Source: Octopus sinensis (lineage: Eukaryota). Taken from it: a stretch of 64,000 nt of DNA. Position numbers and translations under genes: made by a program. Each line of letters begins with the position of its first letter. The stretch's first letter is position 1. Below are positions 34,021 to 43,930 of this stretch, piece after piece. The notes below the pieces were generated by a model, which searched no databases, was not told the origin of the DNA, and saw nothing but the letters and a program-made list of their open reading frames with translations. The stretch lies in assembly GCF_006345805.1 (NCBI RefSeq), contig NC_043001.1:99634001-99698000 (forward strand), in the 5' to 3' direction.

Positions 34021-36582
34021 TCAAAACCATATGTTAGTAGAAATCTTTGGATTCTGGGGGGTGGGGGGGCATTTAGTGATCGATTTTTTGAATATTTGCT
34101 TCAACGGTTTATGGTCATTTTCGATTCTGAAATGAGTTCCGTATATAAACTGATTAAATTTCTTGCATGCGAAAACTATACTGAGAGCTTCGCTCTCTAT
34201 CGGACAGTAGTTTTGTTCCGCTTGAGTTGTTGCACGAAATACAAACGAAACAGGTAGCCATCTTTCGTTGTGTTTCTGCTCAAGTATCGCTCCGAGCCCA
34301 TGCTTACTAGCATCTGTAGTTATTTTTATTGGTAGATCTGGATTATAAAATTGTAGCACTGGTTTTCTGGTAATCATTTCTTTTAGCTTTTTTATTGCTT
34401 CGATTTGTGGTTTGTCGAATGACCATAACGTGTCACTCTGTAGAAGCTGGCGTAATGGTGCTGTAACTTCGGAGTAATTTGATAAAAATTTACATAGGTA
34501 ATTTGTCATACCTAGGAATCTTTGTAATTCTTTTTTACTTGTTGGCAGTGTCATGTGAATGATTGCTTGTACTTTGGTTGGATCTTGTTTTATCCCTTCG
34601 CTGGTTGATAGATGCCCAAGGTACGTGATTTGTGATTCATAGAAGATACACTTTGATTTATTTAACTTTAATCCGTGCTTTCGGATTCGATCGAAAACTT
34701 GTTGTAGTCTATTTGTGTGTTCTTCTAAAGTGCTGGACCAGATTATGATGTCATCCTGTGAATTTCTTGCTCCTTCTATGCCCTCTATTATTTTTGCAAT
34801 TTCTTTTTGGAAAACTTCACTGGCGCTGTGAATTCCAAAGGGTAGTCGTGTGAAGCGATACCTTCCAAAAGGTGTGTTGAACGTTAACAGATGGGAGCTT
34901 TCTTTGTCAACTGGAATTTGCCAGTATCCATTAGATGCATCGAGTTTCGAAAAATATTTAGGGTTATGCATTTGTGCAAAAATGTTCTCCGCTGTAGGGA
35001 GTTTGAAATGTTGCCTTTTTATGGCTTTGTTTAGATTCTTGGGGTCTAAACAGAGTCGGAGTTTTCCGTTGGCTTTTTCAACGATGACTAGGGAATTTAC
35101 CCAGTCTGTAGGTTCACTAACAGGTTTTATGATACCTAATTCTGTCATTCTTTTTAATTCTTTGTTGAGTTTTTCTTTTATAGAAAAAGGAACCGATCTT
35201 GGTGGATGAATTACAGGAGTTATTTGTGGACCCACTGTGATATGATGTGTTATTGACAAAGTGCCGATTTCTCCGAAACAGTCTTCATATTTTTCTATTA
35301 TGTCGTTTGTGTTCGACGAGTTTATTTTTGAAGTTCTCTGAATTAGGTTCAGATCTTTAGCTGCCTTTGCATCTATAACTGCGTGCGAGTTTGTTTTTGC
35401 AACAATGAATTTTATTTGTTTTGATAATTCTTTGTATTTAGTGACTGCTGTGCATTTTCCTAGCACTTTTATAGCTGTGTTATTGTAAGCTGATAATCGA
35501 GTTGAGGTTTTTTGCAGTTGTGGTTTTGGAATTATATTTTTATATTCTCTGAATGGCAGTACGGTTACGTCTGCTCCAGTATCAATTTTGAATGTTACAT
35601 TCGAGTTGTTCACTTTTAGTTCGATCGTCCAAATGTCTTTTGGAGTCTTGAACTTTTCGATTTTGTGCACGCGGGAATTATTTGAAGTGATCATTTCGAG
35701 TGCATGTGTATCGTCATCTGTTTCATCGTCGGTATGTATCTCTACTTTATGTACAAATTTTCTTGATTTGCACATTTTTGCATAGTGTCCTTGTTTCTTG
35801 CATTTTTCACATGTCTTGTGAAATGCTGGGCATTTATTTCTTTTGTGATTATAACCACAATAGTGACAGTTAGTGACGTAGTGTTGACTTGGCGCTTGAA
35901 ACTTCGCGGGCTTTCTGTCACTTCCGCCTTGTTCGTTTTGATGTCTGGATTGCATATGGCGAGTTATTTGAGTTTTGGCGCCTTTTCTGTCGTGTTGACT
36001 ATATACCCTCGAGATTTCGTTATCTCTTGTTTCGGATGTGGCATTTAGCATCCTTGATTGGAGTCGTGTTTGCTCTGCACTCTGACCTGCTTGAATTGTT
36101 TTTTGTAAGTCTAAATTTGGTTCTCTCAATAATCTTTCTCTTAATCTCATGTCTCTGATTCCACATATCAGAATATCTCTGGTGAGACTGTCTGTGAGGT
36201 TGCCGAATTCGCACTGTTGTGCCTTTTGGCGCAACTCTACCACGTACTCATCGAATTTTTGATGTTCCGCTTGTCCACATGTGAAGAATTTGTGTCTCAG
36301 GAAAGTTATGTTTTTCCTGGGTTCACAATATGCATCGAATTTTTCGATTACTGTTTGAAGGTTCATTTCTTCGTCGGGTGAATCGAAATCCAGAGTGGAA
36401 TGGATGTCTCGGCCTTTGGAACCGATGCAAGTTAAAAACATTGACGTTTTTACTTTGTCTGGCTTCATGTCACTTTCTGTTGCTATCAAAAAGAGATTGA
36501 ATTCTTTTTTCCACTTTTTCCATGCTGCGGCTAGATTTTCCTGATTAAAGTCTAGGTCTTTTGGATGCGGTAAATTTTCCAT
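34021..36582 (-). CDS. Gypsy Gag-Pol polyprotein (gag, two zinc knuckles, protease, RT, RNase H), ending in a frameshift
   Basis: ATG at 36582 (MENLPHPKDLDF); CHYCGYNH...C and CEKCKKQGHYAKMC; FKIDTGAD; LDASNGYWQ; SQDDII; TTDASKHGLGA; NDHKPL. A shift in the G6-T-G7 run at ~34056-34069 is followed by an in-frame continuation to LRREALQ at the hAT junction. Confidence 0.93.
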   Translation of the reverse strand: MENLPHPKDLDFNQENLAAAWKKWKKEFNLFLIATESDMKPDKVKTSMFLTCIGSKGRDIHSTLDFDSPDEEMNLQTVIEKFDAYCEPRKNITFLRHKFFTCGQAEHQKFDEYVVELRQKAQQCEFGNLTDSLTRDILICGIRDMRLRERLLREPNLDLQKTIQAGQSAEQTRLQSRMLNATSETRDNEISRVYSQHDRKGAKTQITRHMQSRHQNEQGGSDRKPAKFQAPSQHYVTNCHYCGYNHKRNKCPAFHKTCEKCKKQGHYAKMCKSRKFVHKVEIHTDDETDDDTHALEMITSNNSRVHKIEKFKTPKDIWTIELKVNNSNVTFKIDTGADVTVLPFREYKNIIPKPQLQKTSTRLSAYNNTAIKVLGKCTAVTKYKELSKQIKFIVAKTNSHAVIDAKAAKDLNLIQRTSKINSSNTNDIIEKYEDCFGEIGTLSITHHITVGPQITPVIHPPRSVPFSIKEKLNKELKRMTELGIIKPVSEPTDWVNSLVIVEKANGKLRLCLDPKNLNKAIKRQHFKLPTAENIFAQMHNPKYFSKLDASNGYWQIPVDKESSHLLTFNTPFGRYRFTRLPFGIHSASEVFQKEIAKIIEGIEGARNSQDDIIIWSSTLEEHTNRLQQVFDRIRKHGLKLNKSKCIFYESQITYLGHLSTSEGIKQDPTKVQAIIHMTLPTSKKELQRFLGMTNYLCKFLSNYSEVTAPLRQLLQSDTLWSFDKPQIEAIKKLKEMITRKPVLQFYNPDLPIKITTDASKHGLGAILEQKHNERWLPVSFVFRATTQAEQNYCPIESEALSIVFACKKFNQFIYGTHFRIENDHKPLKQIFKKSITKCPPTPQNPKISTNIWF

Positions 36583-36649
36583 TTCGTCTTTGAAGTATGA
36601 TTTCAACTTCTTTTTTCTTTTGGTTTCTGTATTTTGGGTTCTTTTAGTA

Positions 36650-36660
36650 TTCTGACACCA
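36650..36660 (-). promoter_or_regulatory. Primer binding site, tRNA-Leu-like
   Basis: TGGTGTCAGAA directly follows the 5' LTR and is complementary to a tRNA-Leu 3' end (...UUCUGACACCA); tRNA identity is from recall. Confidence 0.75.
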
Positions 36661-36902
36661 TGTTGTTGTTATATATATATATATAATGTATTGAGTATTA
36701 AAGGAAGTAGTGAGTACTTAGTATGAAAGATTAAGAAAATGAGAGAGACTGAAAAAACGTGTTAACGATACGAGATACTTTATTAGACTGCCGTTGTTGT
36801 ACAAGGTATTTGTTGTGGCGGGAAACTTACTGAATGTCCTTGTATCAAGGGAGACAATGGGCAACGTTGATTGTTCATGTTTGTTGTGATGATTACATAA
36901 CA
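36661..36902 (-). repeat. 5' LTR (242 bp)
   Basis: Near-identical partner of 29999-30236. Confidence 0.95.
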
Positions 36903-37637
36903 CCTAGTGTTCCGTCTTAGTTTATCAGGTATATTGTGTTGGTAGTTGTTTCTTCCGTAGTGCATTTGTTGTTTGTTAGGTTTGTATGGTTGGTTCCTAG
37001 GGTGGATGTTTGGTGGTAGAGTTTTAGTTTGGTTATGTGGATTGTATTTCATAGAATTGTATGTTGTAGCCCTTTGGTTCGTGAAATGGTGTGGTGGGCC
37101 CCTGTAAGTGTTTTGGGGTTGGTGTAGGTAGTGTGGGGTGTGTTTTAAATGTATTTTTCTGGTGTAGAGTGTGTTTGGATTTCTTGGTGGTTGTTCCGTT
37201 CTGTTGGTATTTGGTTTTGTTTTAGTTAATTTTATGAAGGGGTTGTTGGATATGTGTTCATTTTTGAAGTTGGTTTCATAATCCAAGAACCAGATGGCGC
37301 TCTTTTCCCATCGTTGGAGGGACTTAAGTTCCTCTTTTTCACATTCTTCTTTCCATAGTGTTAGTAATGTTTCAGTATTGATGTCGTCTATTAGTTTGAT
37401 GACTTCTTCGTTGATTTCCTCATCTATGGTTTTTACTTTTTCTTCATTCGTCTTAGCTCTCAGCTTAAGTAGTTCTATTTCCATCTTCATTTTTTCTAAT
37501 GACATTTTTTCTCTAAGTCTTCTTTGTTCTTCTGGTTCTTCCAAGATGGGTTTAATTTGTAATTTGCGGGGTATGATTAGGGGTGTTGAGTCTAGCCACT
37601 TTTGGTAAATCTCTGCTTTATTCTGATTTTGTATCAT
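36903..37637 (-). other. Open 245-codon coiled-coil plus N/H/P/Q-rich ORF, probably a retroelement ORF1 relic cut by the LTR
   Basis: Stop-free from 37637 into the LTR; E/K heptad-rich region LEEPEEQRRLREKMSLEKMKMEIELLKLR...WKEECEKEELKSLQRWEK followed by a low-complexity tail; family not confidently recognised. Confidence 0.4.
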
Positions 37638-37701
37638 TTTCCAAAAAGCGAATTTTCTGTTTCGCTGTAGTGTTCTCCATATATATATATATATACATAC
37701 A

Positions 37702-39319
37702 CAGTTGTGGCCAAAATGTTCAGAACAGCATTGTTTTCGTCAGAAAAGTAGATATAATTTTTTATCAAAATTGTTTTATATTCTATAATTTTCACAGACA
37801 ATAAATACGATATTATTTGTTATTGCCTGAGATTTTGGTGTAATTTGAGAGGATAATACAAAAGTTATGGATGATTTAGTGATTTACTGCAAAACCCATG
37901 GCGGCCAAAATGATCAGAACAGTTGCTTTTACTTCGTGTTTTAGTATATTTAACCGGCGAACTCTAATGTTTTGAATTTGTTTACGTGACGGTTTGTTTA
38001 CTAAACATTAGTAAGAATATTTGCAGCGTACTTTGTTAATATAATGCCACTTACTCAGTTACCAATTCGTCAGCAGATTATTAAGCTTCGAAGGAAGGAT
38101 AATTTAAGTATTGGATCTATTGCAAAGATTGTTAACAAGTCAAAAAGTGTTGTACACGGTATTCTTAAGGTCTACGATGATTGTGGTTCGTGTGAAGCAA
38201 GAAAGTTTACAGGTAGGCCAAGAAAAACGACCAAGAGAGAAGATCGTGCTATGGTAAAGTTGGTTAAAAGGACAGATTTAAAACTGCTGCTGCTGTTTCT
38301 CGGAAAATGAGCATTGTATTGAAGAAAACTTTATCTAGAAAAACTGTGTCTCGTCGTTTAGTTGAACATGACCTACAAGCAAGAGCACCTGCAGTGAAGC
38401 CACTGATCAGCTCCAATTATAAAAAGTGTCGTCTTACCTTTGCAACCGAACATGTGTTGTGGTCTCAAGAAAAATGGCAAACGGTGCATTTCAGTGATGA
38501 ATCTAAGTTAATGCTATTTGGCTCAGATGGGAAAAGTAGAAAAGTAGGTGAAAAATTGCTGCCTAAATGCCTTAAGACTAGTGTTAAATTCGGTGGAGGA
38601 AGTGTCATGGTTTGGGGAATGATATCTGGAGATGGTGTGGGCCCTTTGGTGCGATTACATGGAAAGGTAAATGCAGGAGTTTATAAACAATTTGTAAAAG
38701 ATCATGTCTTGCTTATGCTGAGAAATTCAACTAAGCGACCACCCATATTCATGCAGGACAATGCCCCATGTCACAAGGCTAAGGTGGTCATGAACTTCCT
38801 CAAGGCTGAAAAGGTTATTGTTATGGATTGGCCAGCTCAAAGCCCAGATCTCAATCCTATTGAAAATGTGTGGAATATTCTAGGAGAACGTTCGAAAGCC
38901 TGAAATCCTAAAACAACTGAGCAATTATGGAATGCCCTTCAGGAAGAATGGAATAAGGTCACCCAGCAAGAAATTGAAAATTTAATTTCCTCATGCAGTC
39001 GAAGATGTCAGAGTGTGATTGAAGCTAAAGGGCTTCACACTAAATATTAAATAATTCCAGTATTCTCTGTCATTTTTGATTATTTTGTTATTTTTTCAAC
39101 CGTTCTGATCATTTTGGCCGCCATGGGTTTGCAGTAAATCCCTAAATCATCCATAACTTTTGTATTATCCTCTCAAATTACACCAAAATCTCAGACAATA
39201 ACAATTAATATTGTATTTATTGTCTGTGAAAATTATAGAATATAAAACAACTTTGATAAAAAATTATATCTACTTTTCTGACGAAAACAATGCCGTTCTG
39301 AACATTTTGGCCGCAACTG
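37702..39319 (+). mobile_element. Tc1-family transposon with long IR/DR terminal repeats
   Basis: TIRs of ~219 bp (37702-37920, 39102-39319) starting CAGTTG, each with outer and inner direct repeat GYGGCCAAAATGWTCAGAAC; TA on the right, CA (mutated) on the left. Confidence 0.95.
38044..39050 (+). pseudogene. Tc1 DD34E transposase, inactivated
   Basis: Paired-like HTH with GRPRKTT, FSDESK, QDNAPCH, SPDLNPIENVW; frameshift near 38270 and premature TGA at 38901; natural end HTKY-stop at 39050. Confidence 0.9.
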
Positions 39320-39672
39320 TATATATATATTTTATTATTTATTTATTTTTTATTTATTTAAAAATAAATAAATATAACTATCAAAAAGAATAAAAAATTT
39401 AATATAAGATAAAGAGTAAAACCACAACGATCGTTTCAATGCCCATAATCTAATTTGAATAACAATAATTTAAATTCAATTAATAATTCGAATTATGGTT
39501 ATAGTCAATCTTCAGGTTTAAATTATTGTAATTCGAATTAGATTATGGGCATGAAACGATCGTAGTGGTTTTACTCTTTATCTTATATTAAACTTTTAAT
39601 TCTTTTTGATAGTTATATTTATTAAAAAAAAATAATAATAAAAATAAAAATAATAAAATATATGTATATATA
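39320..39672. repeat. Fold-back inverted repeat, ~155-bp arms, ~40-nt spacer
   Basis: ...TATAAGATAAAGAGTAAAACCACAACGATCGTTTCAATGCCCATAATCTAATT... is mirrored by ...AATTAGATTATGGGCATGAAACGATCGTAGTGGTTTTACTCTTTATCTTATA...; a few mismatches. Confidence 0.85.
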
Positions 39673-39899
39673 TAATAATTTAAATTTTGAATTTTATATT
39701 TTGTATATTTTGTATATTTAATTTTTGTATATTTTGTAATTAATTTATTTCTATTTATTGGTTTATGTTTTTCACTGTTTGATTTGCCGAATAGTGGTTT
39801 TATCTCTAATTTAATATAAATATATATATTTATACTGTAAAATTAGATTTAATCCTAAATCTAATTTTTCCCTGTAAGTTTGGATTTACTCCCTAATAT

Positions 39900-39931
<32 letters not shown>

Positions 39932-39935
<4 letters not shown>

Positions 39936-42273
39936 CAATTAGAAGCATGAAGACAGGGAAAGCCCCAGGCCCATCAGGAATTACTGCAGTGATGCTCAAA
40001 ATATCCGGCAGTGTCGGCTATAGCCTAGTCACCCGTATAGTTAACCAGGTGATACATGAAGGAGTCATACCCAATGACTGATGTAGCAGCATAATAGTCA
40101 ACTGCTACAAAGGTAAAGGTGATGCCCTAGATATAAATAATTACAGAGGTATCAAGCTGTTAGATCAGGTAATGAAGGTTACAGAGAGGGTCATAGCCCA
40201 ACTGATTAGGGAGAGAGTCAACTTGGATGAGATGCAGTTTGGTTTCGTGCCAGGGAAAAGCACCACTGATGCCATATTTCTGGTGAGACAGCTGCAGGAG
40301 AAATACTTAGCCAAAGATAAGCCCCTGTACCTGGCTTTCGTTGACATGGAGAAAGCCTTCGACAGGGTCCCCCGATCCCTTATCTGGTGGTCAATGAGGA
40401 AACTGGGGATAGATGAATGGCTGGTGAGAGCTGTGCAAGCCATGTACAGGGATGCTGTAAGTAAGGTAAGGGTTAGCAACGTGTACACTGAAGAATTCAA
40501 GGCAGAGGTTGGGGTCCACCAGGGTTCAGTTCTCAGCCCCCTCCTATTTATCATAAGCGTCCAGGCAATAACGGAGGAATCCAAGACAGGATGCCTCTGG
40601 GAGCTCCTCTATGCTGACGACCTTGCTCTAATTGCTGATTCACTATCAGAACTGGAGGAGAAGTTTCAGGTGTGGAAACAAGGATTAGAATCAAAGGGCC
40701 TTAGAGTCAACCTAGCTAAAACCAAAGTCCTAATAAGTAGGAAGGTAGACAAACCACAAATGCCTTCAGGTAGATGGCTCTGCTCGATCTGTAGAAAAAG
40801 TGTAGGTAGAAACTCTATGAGATGTACCCAGTGTAAGCTATGGACACATAAGAGGTGCAGCAATGTCAAAGGAAGGCTAACTGGGAAGATAGTTTTTGTA
40901 TGTGGTAGATGATCAGGAGCAATAAACACTGAAAATCTGCAGAAAACAACTTTCCAGGGGGAAAAACTAGAAGTAGTTGATAGCTTCCATTATCTAGGGG
41001 ACCAAGTCAGTAGCGGGGGTGGGTGTGCTGAAAGTGTAACTGCTAGAGTAAGAATAGCCTGGGCAAAGTTCAGGGAGCTCTTACCTCTGCTGGTGACTAA
41101 AGGCCTCTCGCTCAGAGTAAAAGGCAGACTGTATGATGCATGTGTACGAACAGCCGTGCTACATGGCAGTGAAACATGGGCCATGACTGCTGAGGACATG
41201 CGTAAGCTCATGAGGAATGAAGCCAGTATGATCCGATGGATGTGTAATGTCAGTGTACATACTTGACAGAGTGTAAGTACCTTGAGAGAAATGTTGGACC
41301 TAAGAAGCATCAGCTGTGGTGTGCAAGAGAGACGATTGCGCTGGTATGGTCATGTGACGAGAATGGATGAAGATAGGTGTGTGAAAAAGTGCCAAAACCT
41401 AGCAGTTGAGGGAACCCGTGGAAGAGGTAGACTCAGGAAAACCTGGGACGAGGTGGAGAAGCACGACCTTCAAATTTTAGGCCTCACTGAGGCAATGACT
41501 AGTGACCGAGACCTTTGGAAATATGCTCAGCATGAGAAGACCCGGCAGGACAAGTGAGTCCATCCCAGCCAGCCCACTTATGCATGCCTTTCCTCCCTTG
41601 GACACATGAAGACCTGTTGAGGCAAGCAAAGTCGAAATCGAACCTCATCCGATGACAGTTACCCATGTCAACCTCCCTTCATTGGACACTAAACTCTGCT
41701 TGCGAAGACCTATCGGGGCAAGTGAAATCGGAATAGAAATTGAACCAATCCTATGACTGGCACCCAGCAGTTGCCAGGGCCGCTGGACTGGCTCTTGTGC
41801 AGGTGGCAAGTAAAGAAACACCGTTTCAACCTTGTGCTTGAGGAGATCCATTGAGTCAAGTACACCAACATCAAAACTCATTGGAAATTGTAGTTGTGAT
41901 CCCTGTGCTGGTGGCACGTAAAAAGCACTATCTGAACGTGGCCGATGCCAGCGCCGCCTAGACTGGCTTCCGTGCTGGTGGCACATAAAAAGCATCATCT
42001 GAACGTGGCCGATGCCAGCGCCGCCTTGACTGGCTTCCATGCTGGTGGCGCATAAAAAGCACCAATCCGATCGTGGCTGTTGCCAGCCTTACCTGGCATG
42101 TAAAAAGCACCCACTACACTCACAGAGTGGTTGGTGTTAGGAAGGGCATCCAGCTGTAGAAACACTGCCAGATCAGCCTGGAACCTTGGGCAGCCTTCTG
42201 GCTTCCCAGATCCCCGGTCGAACCGTCCAACCCATGCTAGCATGGAGAACGGACGTTAAACGATGATGATGAT
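39932..42273 (+). mobile_element. RTE LINE, 5'-truncated, RT largely open, 3' UTR with ~65-bp tandem modules
   Basis: ORF 40172-40912 QFGFVPGKSTTDAIF...DMEKAFDRVP...GVHQGSVLSPLLF...YADDL; tail TTAAACGATGATGATGATG at ~42257-42273. Confidence 0.9.
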
Positions 42274-42296
42274 GTATGTGTGCATATATATGGTGA

Positions 42297-42621
42297 AGGT
42301 AACATGGCTCAGTGATTAGAGCATCAGACTCACAATCATTAGGTAGTGAGTTTGATTCCCAGAATGGGCTGTGTGTTGTGTTCCAGAGCATTCATTTCAT
42401 GTTACTCCAGTTCACACAGCTGTAGAAATGAATTGTGATGTCACTGGTGCCAAACTGTATCAGCCTTTCCCTTGGATAACTTCTGTGGCATGGAGAGGAG
42501 AAGCTGGTATGCATGGGTAATTGCTGGACATCCGTAAACAACCTTGCCTGGACTTCTACTTCAGAGGGGAACTTTCTGGGTGTAATCACATGGTCATTCA
42601 TGACCAAATGAGGTTTTTACC

Positions 42622-42625
<4 letters not shown>
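42297..42625 (+). mobile_element. tRNA-derived CORE-like SINE
   Basis: A-box TGGCTCAGTGATTAGAGC, B-box-like GAGTTTGATTCCC, then GTGTGTTGTGTT...; same family as 1040-1260. Confidence 0.65.
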
Positions 42626-42665
<40 letters not shown>

Positions 42666-43189
42666 TAGATAGTTCATGGCACCATCAATGAAGTATTGTG
42701 TATCATATTGTCACGAACAAGGATGTGTTGAACGTGTTTATTTTTGTATATTTGTGGAAATGACAGTTTCTACAGAATGCTTATGTTAAGAAAAAACAAA
42801 CACTTCTGAGTTTGTTGTAGGTTAGCCTACATGTTGTTTGATAACTTCCTTTTGAAATTCTCCGAGGATATACTCAATTCACTGGTTTCAAATATGATTT
42901 TTATTTCTGAAATTAAAGAATTGTGTGTGGAGACAACTGTAGGTAGAAATTTCTATGTATGAATTTGAATGTCTTTAAATAAAAAAAAACCATCTGTATG
43001 TAAATTTTTATCCATTTTCTTCATTTTCTTATTTAAAAAGGTTTACTTAAATACCTATGTGTTTCGGTGATAAACTAATATACTTGGTTTTCTCTGAATT
43101 ATGGTATGAACCGGTGAACTAGGATGCTAGCATCCCTTAAGGGACTTTAGTTCCTTGACTAATTAAATGAAATTATATATGCAAGGTGT

Positions 43190-43930
43190 TCAGGCAAAAT
43201 TTGGCTGCTTGCATAAAGGGAAAAGAAAACACATCTAAAAATAAAAGTATTTTAAATTAAAAAAATTACAACTAGATTATGAGTGGGAAATAACAGTTTA
43301 CTCAAAGTAGTTGCTGTCAGTGTTCACCATCGCGTCAAGACAGCTCTGGAACCTGGTACCTCATTGTGTTCCTACAAAGATCTTCAAACATTTCCTTGAA
43401 CTTGACCCACCAGCTTGACCTTGATGTTGCAGTCAAAACAGTTGATGTTTTTCCCAAATGTGTTCTACACATAATAATCCATGGAATTACACTCGGGGGA
43501 AATTTGGAGGCCAGAAATCGGGGCTGATGGAATTGTGGAAATTTGACTGACAACCACTCCTAACTTTTTCCATAGCAATGGCAGGGAATGAATCCTACTG
43601 CAACACATATGGTCTACCAGTAGCAACCTTCTCCAGGCAGAGTTTCACTATAGTTTCCACCAACTTCATGTAGCCATCTGAATTGAGCCTAAGGCCCTTG
43701 TCCTGAATGTGTTGAATGAATTCTAGTATGTGGATACAGCCAGAATTCTTACAGTGTCCGTTCCTCCTGGCCACAGTTTTATAGTTTCCATTGCAGTTGT
43801 TTGTGTCATGTCTTACAATGTTTACAGTGTTCACAGAGCATTGAGCAGCAGTTTGAATTAACCAAATGTTGGTATTTGAACACCAGGCATGAATCATAAG
43901 ATAGGTAACTCTTTTCTAATATTAAGATGG
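43190..43930 (-). mobile_element. Degenerate Tc1/mariner (maT/DD37D-like) transposase relic
   Basis: GLRLNSDGYMKLVETIVK...GRPYVLQ, and with one shift DFWPPNSPECNSMDYYV (cf. WPPNSPDLNPLDYYVW). Confidence 0.6.

Larger units (their letters stand above)
29999..36902 (-). mobile_element. Ty3/Gypsy LTR retrotransposon, Mag-like, young; interrupted by a hAT
   Basis: TG...CA LTRs at 29999-30236 and 36661-36902; PBS and PPT present; gag-PR-RT-RH-IN order; about 4.5 kb after removing the hAT and one TSD copy. Confidence 0.95.
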
